The notes below the pieces were generated by a model. It was given only the letters and a program-made list of their open reading frames with translations. It was not told the origin of the DNA and did no database searches. Made by a program: the position numbers and the translations under genes. Source: a bacterium (GTDB lineage: Bacteria; Hinthialibacterota; Hinthialibacteria; Hinthialibacterales; Hinthialibacteraceae). Taken from it: 64,000 nt of DNA. Positions 1-10,605 of this stretch are shown here, piece by piece. Each line of letters opens with the position of its first letter. Positions within the stretch are counted from its first letter, which is position 1. The stretch is taken from assembly GCA_016125385.1 (NCBI GenBank), contig WGLV01000021.1:31429-95428 (forward strand), read 5' to 3'.

Positions 1-249
1 GAGGCGTTACGCCCGCCGTAAGAAGCGATAGCGCGAAGTCATACAAGCGAACGCCGATCGTTACGGCGTATCTCCGCCGAAGGGAATCTTCGGGCAATTT
101 GTTTGTTGGCTGCATGTTTTTCCTGAAAAACCATTCAATCAATGACATGAAAGACTACGCGTCAATGCGAGCGATTCTGTTGATCGATAGAGGCGTTTAA
201 GGAATAATACGGCGGGCTTTTCATTCCACACGCGTATTCCCGGTGAACC

Positions 250-1083
250 ATGGCTGACGATGAAAACAAGAAATCCGCTGAAGTCCGTTTCGCATTCGGT
301 TCGAATTGGACCGAATTTTTACGGAAACTGAACGACGAACGTATTCAAGAAGCGGAAAAATCGATTCAAGACAAACTCAAACTCGAATCGCTCGCCGGGC
401 TTATATTCGTCGACGCAGGCTCTGGGAGCGGCTTGTTTTCTCTGGCGGCCAAACGGCTGGGCGCCGCAGTGCATTCTTTCGATTACGATATCCAGTCCGT
501 CGAATGCACCCGGGAATTGAAACGCCGTTTTTTCGCTGACGACGAACAATGGATCATCCAGCAGGGATCCGTTCTTGATTCCGACTTTCTGGCTTCGCTG
601 CCCCGCGCCGACGTGGTGTATTCATGGGGCGTGCTGCATCATACGGGCGCCATGTGGCAAGCTCTGGAAAACGTCACCGCTCTGGTCAAAGACGATGGGT
701 TTCTTTTTATTTCCATTTACAACGACCAGGGGTTGGAGAGCCGATTCTGGACGTGGATCAAAAAGCGATACAACCAGTCGCCCTTTTTTATCCGATGGGC
801 GTTTCTAGGCATCGCCTGGATACGATACTGGTTTCCCGCGCTGATTCACGATTTGAGACGCGGCCGGCTGTTTCCATCCTGGTATGAGTATACAAAAGAA
901 CGCGGCATGAGCCCGTGGCACGATCTGGTCGACTGGGTTGGAGGATATCCTTTTGAAGTCGCGATGCCCCACGAGATCGTCAATTTTTATATTGAGCGGG
1001 GTTTCAACCTGATACATCTGCACACGCTTTGCGGCGGTTCCGGGTGCAACGAATACGTATTCAAAAAAACGCCCGCGCGATAG
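250..1083 (+). CDS. Class I SAM-dependent methyltransferase
   Basis: 277-aa ORF with a glycine-rich SAM-binding motif I (VDAGSGSGLFSLAAKRLGA) near the N-terminus. It lies convergent to the downstream glycosyltransferase cluster. Confidence 0.7.
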   Translation: MADDENKKSAEVRFAFGSNWTEFLRKLNDERIQEAEKSIQDKLKLESLAGLIFVDAGSGSGLFSLAAKRLGAAVHSFDYDIQSVECTRELKRRFFADDEQWIIQQGSVLDSDFLASLPRADVVYSWGVLHHTGAMWQALENVTALVKDDGFLFISIYNDQGLESRFWTWIKKRYNQSPFFIRWAFLGIAWIRYWFPALIHDLRRGRLFPSWYEYTKERGMSPWHDLVDWVGGYPFEVAMPHEIVNFYIERGFNLIHLHTLCGGSGCNEYVFKKTPAR

Positions 1084-1096
1084 AGCACTGGCGAAA

Positions 1097-2200
1097 TTAC
1101 TCCGCCGGAGCAGCGCAAGCCAGCAGCTCATCCCATCGTTGCATGATGATATCGGGATGGAGCCGCCGCATCGAACGGCGCGCTTCAGCGCCAAGCCGTT
1201 CACGAAGCGGCGCGTCGCTCATCAACCGTTCCATCGCTTCCGCAAGCGCTTTCACATCGCCCGATGTAATCAGAAGACCATTTACGCCATGCTCGATAAT
1301 ATCGCCGGGGCCGCTGGGCGCGTCAAAACTCACCGCCGCGCACCCGCAGGCCATCGCTTCACACAACGCGTTGGGAAACCCCTCATAACGCGAACTCAAT
1401 GCGAAGATGGACGAAGTCATATACAAATCCAGCGGGTCCGCATCGCGTCCAGCAAACTCAGCGCGCCCACGCAACAACAGCCGGTCGCGCCGCGCTTCCA
1501 GCTCGGTTCGCAATGATCCCTCTCCCACGATCACCAGGTTCCAATCAGGGTGCTTTTCCGCCACCGAAGCGAAGGCTTCAAGCAGAAAATCGAATCCTTT
1601 TTGAGTTTCGAGCCGTCCCACCGCGGCGATCTTCATCTCTCGAACTCGCGGGCTGGATGCCCCTTCCGTAAGAAACCGAGGCGTCAGCGGATTGGGAATC
1701 ACGTAAATTCCGCAGGGAATCATGCGGTCAAAATACGCTTTCGCATTTTGAGTCTGGACCACCAGCGCATGACAAAAGCGGTATGAAAAATCGCGGATCA
1801 TCTTCCAGAAGTTTGAAATCGAAGCCGATCGGGGATCAATACGTTCGGAAACGATCACCGGGGCGTTCAAGCCTCTCGCGGCCCAGATCGTCACAACGTT
1901 CACTTGATCCATAAAACTTACGATGACATCCGGCGCCAGTGAACGTAATTCGTCACGGACTTTCCGTATGCGCCTCCAGTTATTCATCAGTCCGGCGATT
2001 GGATTCGAAGATGGTTTCAAAAGATTCAAAGGCGTCCAACTGATGTTTTCGTGCAACAGGTAAAAAGGCGCCGTTGAACCATCGTCAAGGGTTAGAATGG
2101 TCACATCCCGGCCACGTTCGGCCCAATAGTTCGCCATCAAACTCATGACGCGTTCCGCTCCACCGCTGGTCAACGATGAGATCACCATACAGATTTTCAT
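1097..2200 (-). CDS. Glycosyltransferase family 4 (GT-B fold)
   Basis: 367-aa ORF. It has an N-terminal SGGAERV motif and a C-terminal EGFPNALCEAMACG motif, as in GT4 (RfaG/WbuB-like) enzymes. Confidence 0.8.
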   Translation of the reverse strand: MKICMVISSLTSGGAERVMSLMANYWAERGRDVTILTLDDGSTAPFYLLHENISWTPLNLLKPSSNPIAGLMNNWRRIRKVRDELRSLAPDVIVSFMDQVNVVTIWAARGLNAPVIVSERIDPRSASISNFWKMIRDFSYRFCHALVVQTQNAKAYFDRMIPCGIYVIPNPLTPRFLTEGASSPRVREMKIAAVGRLETQKGFDFLLEAFASVAEKHPDWNLVIVGEGSLRTELEARRDRLLLRGRAEFAGRDADPLDLYMTSSIFALSSRYEGFPNALCEAMACGCAAVSFDAPSGPGDIIEHGVNGLLITSGDVKALAEAMERLMSDAPLRERLGAEARRSMRRLHPDIIMQRWDELLACAAPAE

Positions 2201-2202
2201 GG

Positions 2203-3330
2203 TTATGATTTCGATCTCGAGCGACCAGCGGCCGCTTCAAGTAACACAGCTTCCCACTGATCGAATACTCCGTCAGGATGAAAACGCTCCAACACATCAA
2301 CCGCGCGGGAACCTAAAGTGGAGCGGAGATCCGGAGAATTCATTAATTCAACCAGCGATTCGCGAAACGTTTCCCAATCCCCATCAGGAACCAGAATCCC
2401 ATCGATCCGATCTCGGATAATGTTTCGCGGGCCGGAGGGGCAATCCATGCTGACAGACGGCATTCCAAGCGACATCGCTTCCAGCAGGCTATTAGGAAAC
2501 CCCTCAAACTCGGAGGTCAGGGTGAAAATATCGGCTTTTTTCAAATATGGGAACGGCGTTTTTTTTTCGCCCAGCAGTAGTACTCTGTCCTGTATGCGCA
2601 ACTCGTCAATCTGGTTTTCAAGCGAGGATCGTTGAGGGCCCTCTCCGATGACGATCAATCTCCAATCAGGGAAATCAGAGGCGACGTCCTTGAAGACTGA
2701 GATCAGCCGATCGAATCGTTTTTCAGCGGACAAACGTCCCATAGCCACAATGTAACGATACTCGCCGGTCATTTCTTTGCATGGTTCAACTTCATCGACA
2801 TGGAGAGGGAACACAGGATTAGGAATGACGGCGACGTTCCGATGGTACCCTTTCGACTCGATCCAATTTTTCAGATCCGGCGTTTGCACGACAAGCTTGC
2901 GCGCTCGAGGATAATACCAGCGGCAGAGCATCTTCCAGCGCCAGTTCATTGGAAGCAGCCGGATATCGGTGCGTTCAGCCACCACGACCGGCGTGCTTTT
3001 CGATCGCAACGCGCTCATGACACGGACGCCTATTGGAGAGGTAAAACCTACCACGGCATCAGGCCGCGTTTGAAGAATCGACTCCCGCATGGAGCGAGAA
3101 CGACGTTCCTGTCCAGCGATGTCATACCAGGCGCAATCGGCGAAAGCCTCCGGCTCGAACATCTCGCGCCGCACTCCGGAAGGGACTGTATAAAAATCTT
3201 CGTCGATGTTGGAATGCGGCGTTATCAAAATGATTTCGTGCTTTCGCTTATACAAACCTTCCGCCAGCTGGATCACGGCGCGTTCCGCTCCCCCGCAAAC
3301 CAGATGGCTGGAAACAAGCGTTATTCTCAT
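2203..3330 (-). CDS. Glycosyltransferase family 4
   Basis: 375-aa ORF with CGGAERAV at the N-terminus and EGFPNSLLEAMSLG. It is tightly packed, with a 2-nt gap, to the downstream GT4 gene. Confidence 0.8.
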   Translation of the reverse strand: MRITLVSSHLVCGGAERAVIQLAEGLYKRKHEIILITPHSNIDEDFYTVPSGVRREMFEPEAFADCAWYDIAGQERRSRSMRESILQTRPDAVVGFTSPIGVRVMSALRSKSTPVVVAERTDIRLLPMNWRWKMLCRWYYPRARKLVVQTPDLKNWIESKGYHRNVAVIPNPVFPLHVDEVEPCKEMTGEYRYIVAMGRLSAEKRFDRLISVFKDVASDFPDWRLIVIGEGPQRSSLENQIDELRIQDRVLLLGEKKTPFPYLKKADIFTLTSEFEGFPNSLLEAMSLGMPSVSMDCPSGPRNIIRDRIDGILVPDGDWETFRESLVELMNSPDLRSTLGSRAVDVLERFHPDGVFDQWEAVLLEAAAGRSRSKS

Positions 3331-3340
3331 CAGCGCGCTC

Positions 3341-5242
3341 TCAATACGTTCCAGCGGAGCCGCCGTGCGTCAACCAGTCCTGCAACATCAGAATGGACCA
3401 TATCCGGTTAGAGAAATCGACCTGACCGCTTTTATGCCGCATCCAAAGCGATCGGACGGCGGCAGGAGAAAAGACGCCGGTTTGCTTCAGCGCGGATTCG
3501 GACAATAACTCTTCCGTCCAATCCAACAGGGCTGTCCTGATCCACTCTCCCACAGGGACGCCGAACCCCTGTTTGGGGCGTTCGAACATCGAGGCGGGGA
3601 CATAACGAGCCAACAGCCGCTTCAGTATTTTTTTTCCGGAGGCGCCATCATATTTCAGACTCAGTGGCAGAGTCCACGCCCATTCCACGATACGATGATC
3701 GAGCAGGGGTATCCGCGTTTCCAAACTGCACGACATCGCCGCACGATCCACTTTGACAAGAATATCGCCGGGCAAATACTGGAGCGAATCGCATGCCATG
3801 GCGAAGTGAACAGGCCCTTCCGCTTCAATCGAATTCCAATCGTCTTCGATGCCGGGAGGCGAGTCGAGTAAAGCATCTGACGCATAGAACTCATTGAACT
3901 GTCCGTGATACAGCGACTGATATGAATTAGAGGCGTATAAATGTTTTCGCCATCGAAATCGCTCGCTCCACCCGGCGAGATTCAGCACGTTGGCGCAACC
4001 CTCCCCGCATTTGAACGCGAAAGAAGCGGCGCGCGCCAGAGGCAGATATCGTTTACGCGCATTCCAGGCTCGTTCAAGAACTCGATAACGTGAATAGCCT
4101 CCAAACAACTCATCGCCGCCGTCACCCGAAAGCGCCACGGTTACTTTCTGTTTCGCCAGCCTGCATACAAGAACGGTGGGTACCGCGCTGCTATCGGCGA
4201 AGGGCTCGTCATAAATCGACGCGAGTTCGGGAATCACGTTCCAGGCTTCAGATGGAGAAACGATCAGTTCGGTGTGATCGGTGTGCAGATGGGACGCAAC
4301 CTCACGGGCGTAGTGCGACTCATCAAACGATTTTTCATGAAACCCGATCGAAAATGTTTTGACGTTAGAGCCGCCCAGCGATTGCATCAATGCCGTCACG
4401 CTGGATGAATCGATCCCGCCGGAGAGAAACGCGCCGACAGGCACATCCGCCTCTCGTTGTCCGCGAACCGCGTCCAACAAGAGCGTTTCCAACTCAGCCG
4501 CGGCATCGTCCTCACCGCCCCGAAAAGGCGTTTCCCGCCCCGCGCGGACAGCTTCAGCAAACGACCAGTATGGGCGGAACTCGCTTGTTCCATCCGGCTG
4601 AAGAACCGCAATGACGCCGGGAGTCAGTTTTTGAATCGATCGGTAAATGGAATACGGCGCGGGAATATACCCTCTGCGCATGAACAGGCGAATCGCCCGG
4701 CGATCGATTTCAAAATTCAGGCCCGGAACCGCGCGAAGCGATTTCAGCTCGCTCGCGGCCCACCAGGCGCCTTGATGCCAGCCATAGTAGAGCGGCTTTT
4801 CGCCCATCCGGTCACGAACGAGGTAAAGAACTTTGTTGACCCGGTCCCATGCCGCGAAGGCGAACATTCCAACGCATTTCCGGACCGTTGCGTCAACGCC
4901 ATGAAGCGCGACGCTTTCAAGCAGGACTTCCGTATCGGAGTTGGAATGGAATGCAACGCCCTTCTCCTCCAATTCACGGCGCAGGTCTCGCCAGTTATAT
5001 ACCTCGCCGTTATAGACCATCACCCAGCGTCCATCCCGCGAATGCATCGGCTGATGGCCGGCGGGCGACAGATCGAAAATAGACAATCGGCGATGGCCCA
5101 GCGCAATTCCTTTTTCAGAATCGCACCAGACGCCAGCGTCGTCAGGTCCACGATGGCTCATTTTTTCAAGCGCGCCATCAATCCAATCAGCTGGATTCAG
5201 CCATTCGGATTTTGGCGTCAACATGGCGAAAATACCACACAT
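3341..5242 (-). CDS. asnB: Asparagine synthase (glutamine-hydrolysing) family amidotransferase, AsnB-like (sugar-amidating type likely)
   Basis: The ORF track runs to 5389. The conserved class-II glutamine amidotransferase N-terminus MCGIFAML begins at residue 50 (ATG at 5242), one nucleotide after the stop of the upstream DegT gene. The PP-loop SGGIDSS is present. Confidence 0.8.
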   Translation of the reverse strand: MCGIFAMLTPKSEWLNPADWIDGALEKMSHRGPDDAGVWCDSEKGIALGHRRLSIFDLSPAGHQPMHSRDGRWVMVYNGEVYNWRDLRRELEEKGVAFHSNSDTEVLLESVALHGVDATVRKCVGMFAFAAWDRVNKVLYLVRDRMGEKPLYYGWHQGAWWAASELKSLRAVPGLNFEIDRRAIRLFMRRGYIPAPYSIYRSIQKLTPGVIAVLQPDGTSEFRPYWSFAEAVRAGRETPFRGGEDDAAAELETLLLDAVRGQREADVPVGAFLSGGIDSSSVTALMQSLGGSNVKTFSIGFHEKSFDESHYAREVASHLHTDHTELIVSPSEAWNVIPELASIYDEPFADSSAVPTVLVCRLAKQKVTVALSGDGGDELFGGYSRYRVLERAWNARKRYLPLARAASFAFKCGEGCANVLNLAGWSERFRWRKHLYASNSYQSLYHGQFNEFYASDALLDSPPGIEDDWNSIEAEGPVHFAMACDSLQYLPGDILVKVDRAAMSCSLETRIPLLDHRIVEWAWTLPLSLKYDGASGKKILKRLLARYVPASMFERPKQGFGVPVGEWIRTALLDWTEELLSESALKQTGVFSPAAVRSLWMRHKSGQVDFSNRIWSILMLQDWLTHGGSAGTY

Positions 5243-5243
5243 A

Positions 5244-6377
5244 TCAGGTATCGAGCCCGTTATAAAAGCGTGCGACGCAATCAACCACCCGGGCCTGCAT
5301 TTCCCCGGTGAGTTCGGGATAAATGGGCAGGGCCAGCGTGGTCTGAGCGGCCTCTTCACTGACAGGCAAATCGCCTGGCTTATAGCCAAGATCCGCGAAG
5401 CATTCCTGCAAATGAAGCGGAACGGGGTAATACACCTCGCACCCCACGCCGTTTTCAGAAAGAAAGCGCTTCAGCTCGTCTCGCCGCTGAACACGGATGA
5501 CGTATTGATTGAAAACATGGCGCGATTGCTTTACCGGCGGCGTGACGACCCGCCCATCGGTCAACCCCGCGTTATCGAACAGGCGGTCATAGCGTTCGGC
5601 GTTACGCTTGCGCGCGTCAGACCAGTCATCGAGATGGCGCAATTTGACGCGCAGCACGGCGGCCTGAATCGCATCGAGCCGGAAATTTCCGCCAACCATG
5701 GGGTGATAATATTTCGGCTCCATGCCATGCACACGCAACACGCGCAACTTTTCGGCGAGCGCGTCGTCATTCACCGTCACCATGCCGCCATCGCCGAATC
5801 CACCCAGATTCTTGGTCGGGAAAAACGAGAAGCATCCAACCGTTCCCATCGAACCGGCGCGGCGGCCCTGATATTCGGCGCCGATCGCCTGAGCTGCATC
5901 TTCGATGACGGGCAGTCCATGTTTTTCCGCCACGCCCAGAATGGGGGCCATCTCCGCGCACTGTCCATATAAATGAACAGGTATTATCGCTTTCGTTTTC
6001 GGCGTGATCGCCGCTTCGACCCGATCGGGGGAGATGTTGAACGTTTCCGGCTCAATGTCGACGAACACCGGCCGCGCGCCGAGGCGGTGAATCACCCCCG
6101 CCGTGGCGAAAAACGTGTATGCAGTCGTAATGACTTCATCGCCCGGGGCGACGCCCAACGCCATCAACGCGATCAACAGCGCATCGGTTCCCGAGGTGAC
6201 GCCGATAGCATGGCGGCATTGGGAATACGCCGCGATCTCGTCTTCGAGCGCTTGAACCTCCGGGCCGAGGACGAACATCTGCGATTCATACAATGGCTCA
6301 AGCGCACGGGCGATCTCATCTTTAATGAGCGCATACTGCGCCTTGAGATCAAGCAGAGGGACGGGCTGGAATTCCAT
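5244..6377 (-). CDS. DegT/DnrJ/EryC1/StrS family PLP-dependent sugar aminotransferase
   Basis: 377-aa ORF that begins [22 protein letters not shown]...GPEV..LE.E.A.Y, the typical family N-terminus. A Lys-containing PLP region is present. Confidence 0.85.
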   Translation of the reverse strand: MEFQPVPLLDLKAQYALIKDEIARALEPLYESQMFVLGPEVQALEDEIAAYSQCRHAIGVTSGTDALLIALMALGVAPGDEVITTAYTFFATAGVIHRLGARPVFVDIEPETFNISPDRVEAAITPKTKAIIPVHLYGQCAEMAPILGVAEKHGLPVIEDAAQAIGAEYQGRRAGSMGTVGCFSFFPTKNLGGFGDGGMVTVNDDALAEKLRVLRVHGMEPKYYHPMVGGNFRLDAIQAAVLRVKLRHLDDWSDARKRNAERYDRLFDNAGLTDGRVVTPPVKQSRHVFNQYVIRVQRRDELKRFLSENGVGCEVYYPVPLHLQECFADLGYKPGDLPVSEEAAQTTLALPIYPELTGEMQARVVDCVARFYNGLDT

Positions 6378-6847
6378 GATTAAGGTTCGTTATTGAAGGA
6401 GGTTATACGAATCAGAAGCGGTTCGGGCAGGCTTCGCCCCTGTCAGCGGTTCCGAAGCAGGGAAGCGCATGCAGGATTATGCAATATTCAAATTATGAAT
6501 AAAGAATAATGCCGCAAGAACCGCTTTGTCAATACTTTTTTCAGGGGCAGGGCGATTTTTTCATACAAATACCATCACCCGAAGCCGCTGCCGAAGCCAA
6601 ATGGCCCTTCACCTCTGTGGAATATTGTCAAAACTCACTGCGCCACCACCACATCTTGTATCATGATCCATGATTCCACACTAGCGGCACGGCGTTAATC
6701 GTTCGAAATGAAGTAGCAATCCGTTCTGGAAAAAATCGGTACGGTTTTTCTCGTTGACGTTGATCGGGAATCCAGTATATTGCAGAACCATCTCTGAATT
6801 CTCATCATGTGGCGCTATCACCTGCTACCAAAAGGCGAAAACGAGCG
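6378..6847. promoter_or_regulatory. 470-bp divergent intergenic region between the DegT operon (minus strand) and xth (plus strand)
   Basis: It is AT-richer than the flanking genes. Both flanking genes start here in opposite directions, so it must carry two promoters. I could not map exact -35/-10 elements with confidence. Confidence 0.3.
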
Positions 6848-7600
6848 ATGAAACTGATTTCATGGAACGTAAACGGGATTCGGGCGGCGGTAAAGAAAGG
6901 CTTGCTTGATTTCGTGGCGGAAGCCGATCCCGACGTACTCTGCCTGCAGGAGACCCGCGCCATGCCCGATCAGGTCGAGCTGCCCTGGCCTCACTATCAC
7001 GCCTTCTGGAACCCGGCTGAAAAGAAAGGCTACTCGGGCGTGGCGATCTTCAGCAAAACCGAACCGCTGAAGGTCACTTATGGAATCAACCTGCCCGAAC
7101 ACGACAACGAAGGGCGGGTCGTCACCGCCGAGTATGACGATTTTTACCTGGTGAACGTCTATACCCCCAACTCACAACGCGGACTCACACGTCTGGAGTA
7201 TCGCACCCGGGAATGGGAGGGCGTGTTTCTGAAATACCTGAAGAAGCTGGAAAAAAAGAAGCCGGTGGTGTTTTGCGGAGACCTCAACGTGGCGCACACC
7301 GAGATCGATCTCGCCAACCCCAAAAGCAACGAGCGCAACGCGGGATTCACTATTGAAGAACGGCAATGCTTCGACAAGGTGCTCGCCGCCGGATTCATCG
7401 ATACGTTTCGTGAGTTTACCAAAGAAGGCGGTCATTACACCTGGTGGAGCAACTTCGGCCGGGCGAGAGAAAAGAACGTAGGGTGGCGCATCGATTATTT
7501 CTGTATCTCGCCCGCGCTGCGCCCGCGGCTGAAAGAATCGATTATTCTTCCTCACGTGATGGGGTCGGATCACTGTCCGATTCAGATTGTGCTGGATTAG
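6848..7600 (+). CDS. xth: Exodeoxyribonuclease III (AP endonuclease)
   Basis: MKLISWNVNGIRAA is the canonical Xth/APE1 N-terminus. An internal ATG at 6848 is preferred over the ORF-track start at 6809. The sequence ends with the SDHCPI motif. Confidence 0.85.
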   Translation: MKLISWNVNGIRAAVKKGLLDFVAEADPDVLCLQETRAMPDQVELPWPHYHAFWNPAEKKGYSGVAIFSKTEPLKVTYGINLPEHDNEGRVVTAEYDDFYLVNVYTPNSQRGLTRLEYRTREWEGVFLKYLKKLEKKKPVVFCGDLNVAHTEIDLANPKSNERNAGFTIEERQCFDKVLAAGFIDTFREFTKEGGHYTWWSNFGRAREKNVGWRIDYFCISPALRPRLKESIILPHVMGSDHCPIQIVLD

Positions 7601-8426
7601 CCGCCACGTATTGGTCAAGAAAGCGATCGATGCCTTCAAGGTATCGATCTTCGCTCAGCAGGAACCCTTCGTTGTGCAGCCCGGCGATTTCGAGAAATTC
7701 TTTCGGCGGGTTGGCGGCGGCGAAGATCTCGCGCCCGTGATGAAACGGGATCAACTCGTCATCCGGGCTGTGAATCACCAGCATGGGCGCTCGGACCCGG
7801 CTGATTTTGGCGAGATTGTCATAATGGATCGCCGACACCCATTTCACCGGAAGCATGGGATAAATCTCCCGCCCAAGCCCGGGGATTGATGTGAATCCAC
7901 TCTCAAATATCAGCGCATCGGGCCGTTGAGCCGACGCAACGTCAACCGCCGTCGCCGCGCCGAGCGAGCGGCCGAACACCACCAGCGGCAGCCCGGGCGT
8001 CTTCCCCTTAAGCCATTCATACGCGGCGGCCGCATCAAGGTACGTGCCTTTCTCGCTCAGCCGGCCCCGGCTCACTCCATAGCCGCGATAATCAAAAATG
8101 AACACGTTGAGCGCCAGCGAGTGAAACTGGCGCAGCGCTTCAAGACGATAACTGATGTTGCCCGCGTTGCCGTGACAGAAAAGCAGGGAGGCGCGCGCCT
8201 CGGGATGGGGCAGATACCACGCCGAAAGCGTTGCTCCATCAGCGGCGTGAAGCGTAACGATTTCGTACTCGAGGCCGATTTGAGACGGGTCGGCGATCAG
8301 ATCCCGCCGGGGAACCCAGACGTTCATGCGCTCAAACTGGCGCAACGCGAAAAACGCCGCCACACCGAGCGCCATGATGAACAGCAGGGTATAAAGCATC
8401 ATTCGTACAAACCGGCTCGAAGGCAT
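7542..8426 (-). CDS. Alpha/beta hydrolase (S9/S33-like), membrane anchored
   Basis: An N-terminal TM helix (MMLYTLLFIMALGVAAFFAL) is followed by an HGNAGN oxyanion region and a GRSLGAA nucleophile elbow (GxSxG). The 3' end overlaps xth convergently by about 59 nt. Confidence 0.7.
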   Translation of the reverse strand: MPSSRFVRMMLYTLLFIMALGVAAFFALRQFERMNVWVPRRDLIADPSQIGLEYEIVTLHAADGATLSAWYLPHPEARASLLFCHGNAGNISYRLEALRQFHSLALNVFIFDYRGYGVSRGRLSEKGTYLDAAAAYEWLKGKTPGLPLVVFGRSLGAATAVDVASAQRPDALIFESGFTSIPGLGREIYPMLPVKWVSAIHYDNLAKISRVRAPMLVIHSPDDELIPFHHGREIFAAANPPKEFLEIAGLHNEGFLLSEDRYLEGIDRFLDQYVAANPAQSESDSDPTPSREEE

Positions 8427-8475
8427 CGTGAAAACTCAACTGGAAATCGGAGAAGAGAATGAGGGAGGGAATTCA

Positions 8476-8573
<98 letters not shown>

Positions 8574-8651
8574 CTGATCCTGTTGTCAAAGAATACGCGA
8601 ATCAAATGCTTCGTGTTGAAACCCTCGCCGTCCGGTTTCGAGTCTTGAGAA

Positions 8652-8739
8652 CGGTGGGGGTGGGATTCGAACCCACGGTACGGTTCCCCGCACTCCGGTT
8701 TTCAAGACCGGCGCCTTAAACCAACTCGACCACCCCACC
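8652..8739 (-). tRNA. tRNA-Ser (anticodon UGA)
   Basis: Hand-folded from the sequence. The acceptor is GGTGGGG/CCCCACC, the T-arm is GTGGG-TTCGAAT-CCCAC and the anticodon loop is CTTGAAA. A long variable arm is present. No CCA is encoded. Confidence 0.8.
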
Positions 8740-9069
8740 AATGAGGTTCGTGAACCGGCATGGGTTTCAGCCTACGTTTATATCTCAGAACCGGCGTTCA
8801 TTCAAGGAATTCGACCGGCGCGAACCGGGTTTTCCGGCTGGATTCGCCGTTTTCACACGGAAACAGGCAAAGAGCCGGATTCAGAATTCAATTTCATTGT
8901 ACCATCGAAGAAGGTCATATCACGGTTACCGTCAATTCGCTTCAACCGTGTTTGTACAGAGGTTTTTTCACCGCTGGGATCGATGGCTCAGAAACGGCGT
9001 GGATGGTTAGTCATTTCATGGGATTCACTATATAATTAAAGAGCCTATATCAGAGACGAGAGAAGTACG

Positions 9070-10557
9070 TTGAAAGCCCGATTTATATTCACATCCCTGT
9101 TTTTCATCCTTGGCCCGATCAGTTGGGCTGGCGGCCCGCTCAAGGTCTATAACGACAAACCCGTCACATGGAATTCAAGCGATTATCCAATTCAATGCAA
9201 CATTGACATCGGCGGGCTGGGTTCATTTTCAAACGAAGACGCCCGCGCGCTGATCGTGAACGCTTTCGACGTCTGGCAGTCGGTGGACGGAACGGCGATC
9301 CGTTTTGAAGCCGGCCCCAACCTGCCTGACGACGTCAACGGGCAGAATTTCAATCTATATCTGGATGGGCGGATCGAGGGGCTGAATCCTATCATTTTCG
9401 ATTCAGACGGTTCAATCACCGACGCGATATTCGGACAGAACGCCAAGGATGACATTCTTGGGTTCGCCAGCATCACCCGCAGCAACCAGAACCGCATTCT
9501 CTCATCGCAGGCGATTTTTAACGGCGTTTACATCACCGAAAATCAGATCACTCCCCAGAGTTTTCACCCGACGATTCTGCATGAACTCGGTCACTGGATC
9601 GGACTCGATCACGCCCAGCTGTTCAGGCATCTCGCCACGGACGGCGTGGGCTGGAACGACTCGTGGGTTCCTATCATGTTCCCCACCACCACCGACGATG
9701 AAAGCGTTCGGCAAAGCCTGACCGATGACGACCAGCATGCCATCACCGTGCTATACCCCGCGCCGGGCGTGCTGGAGTCGAGAGCGGCCATCACCGGGCA
9801 TATCCTGCAATCGGCCAAGAACAAACCGGGTATGAACGTGATCGCGCGGCGGGTGGGCTCCGTGACCGACCAGATCTACAGCACGGTTTCGGGAACATAC
9901 AAAAACAACGGCGGCGATTTTGAATTCAGGGGATTGCCGCCGGGCGACTACCAGATTTACATCGAACCCATCGATCCGCTGTACCGGGGCAGTTCATCGG
10001 TCGGCCGATACGCCACCTCGATCAACAGCCCTTCGTTTCAAGATCCGCCGCCATCGCAGTTTTATCACGACCGCGACGATGGACTGGCGCGCAGTTCGTG
10101 GGAAACGATTCACGCCGGCGCGGGTGAAACAGTGGAGCACATCAACTTTCTGCTCGATAACGACGTGGCGCTGTTTGATGAAAACAACACGCAACTGATC
10201 GGGATCCCCGACGAACAGACCGGGGGGCTGCCGGGCGAGAGCATCTCTCAGTTTCAGTTCATCTTTGGAATGACCGGCGCCGAATACGGCGTCAAGATTC
10301 GCGTCACTGGAACTCCCGGCGTGCAGTACGACCTGCTGGTCGATATGGAACGCCGGCCAGGCCCCTTCGCGCCCGCGGCCGCGTCATGCCGGAACGGCGT
10401 CGCGGAATTCATTCTGAACGAAGACAGCGAGCCGCCTCTTCTGGGAGCGCGGTATTTCGTCGCCGTGCGGAATAATTCCAGGCAAGACCTGTCATACCGG
10501 ATCGAGACTCAATCCATTACGGCGTCAGCCGGCCCCGGCTATGAACTCTACCGCTAG
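9070..10557 (+). CDS. Secreted matrixin-like (metzincin, M10-like) zinc metalloprotease with a carboxypeptidase-regulatory-like beta-sandwich domain
   Basis: It has a signal peptide. HELGHWIGLDH matches HExxHxxGxxH, and a downstream Met-turn is present (VPIMFP). The GHILQS...GMNVIARRVGS...GDYQIYIE segment resembles a CarboxypepD_reg domain. It has lower GC (about 52%) than its neighbours. Confidence 0.7.
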   Translation: MKARFIFTSLFFILGPISWAGGPLKVYNDKPVTWNSSDYPIQCNIDIGGLGSFSNEDARALIVNAFDVWQSVDGTAIRFEAGPNLPDDVNGQNFNLYLDGRIEGLNPIIFDSDGSITDAIFGQNAKDDILGFASITRSNQNRILSSQAIFNGVYITENQITPQSFHPTILHELGHWIGLDHAQLFRHLATDGVGWNDSWVPIMFPTTTDDESVRQSLTDDDQHAITVLYPAPGVLESRAAITGHILQSAKNKPGMNVIARRVGSVTDQIYSTVSGTYKNNGGDFEFRGLPPGDYQIYIEPIDPLYRGSSSVGRYATSINSPSFQDPPPSQFYHDRDDGLARSSWETIHAGAGETVEHINFLLDNDVALFDENNTQLIGIPDEQTGGLPGESISQFQFIFGMTGAEYGVKIRVTGTPGVQYDLLVDMERRPGPFAPAAASCRNGVAEFILNEDSEPPLLGARYFVAVRNNSRQDLSYRIETQSITASAGPGYELYR

Positions 10558-10605
10558 GTTCAGCCCTGTTTCACGGCGAGTGTTGACCGCCAGACCGGCG
10601 GCGAT

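Noticed and set aside
3341-5389. N-terminal 49-aa extension of the AsnB ORF
   Set aside because: Class II glutamine amidotransferases require the N-terminal Cys directly after the initiator Met (MCGIFA). The extension would also overlap the DegT gene. The start is placed at 5242.
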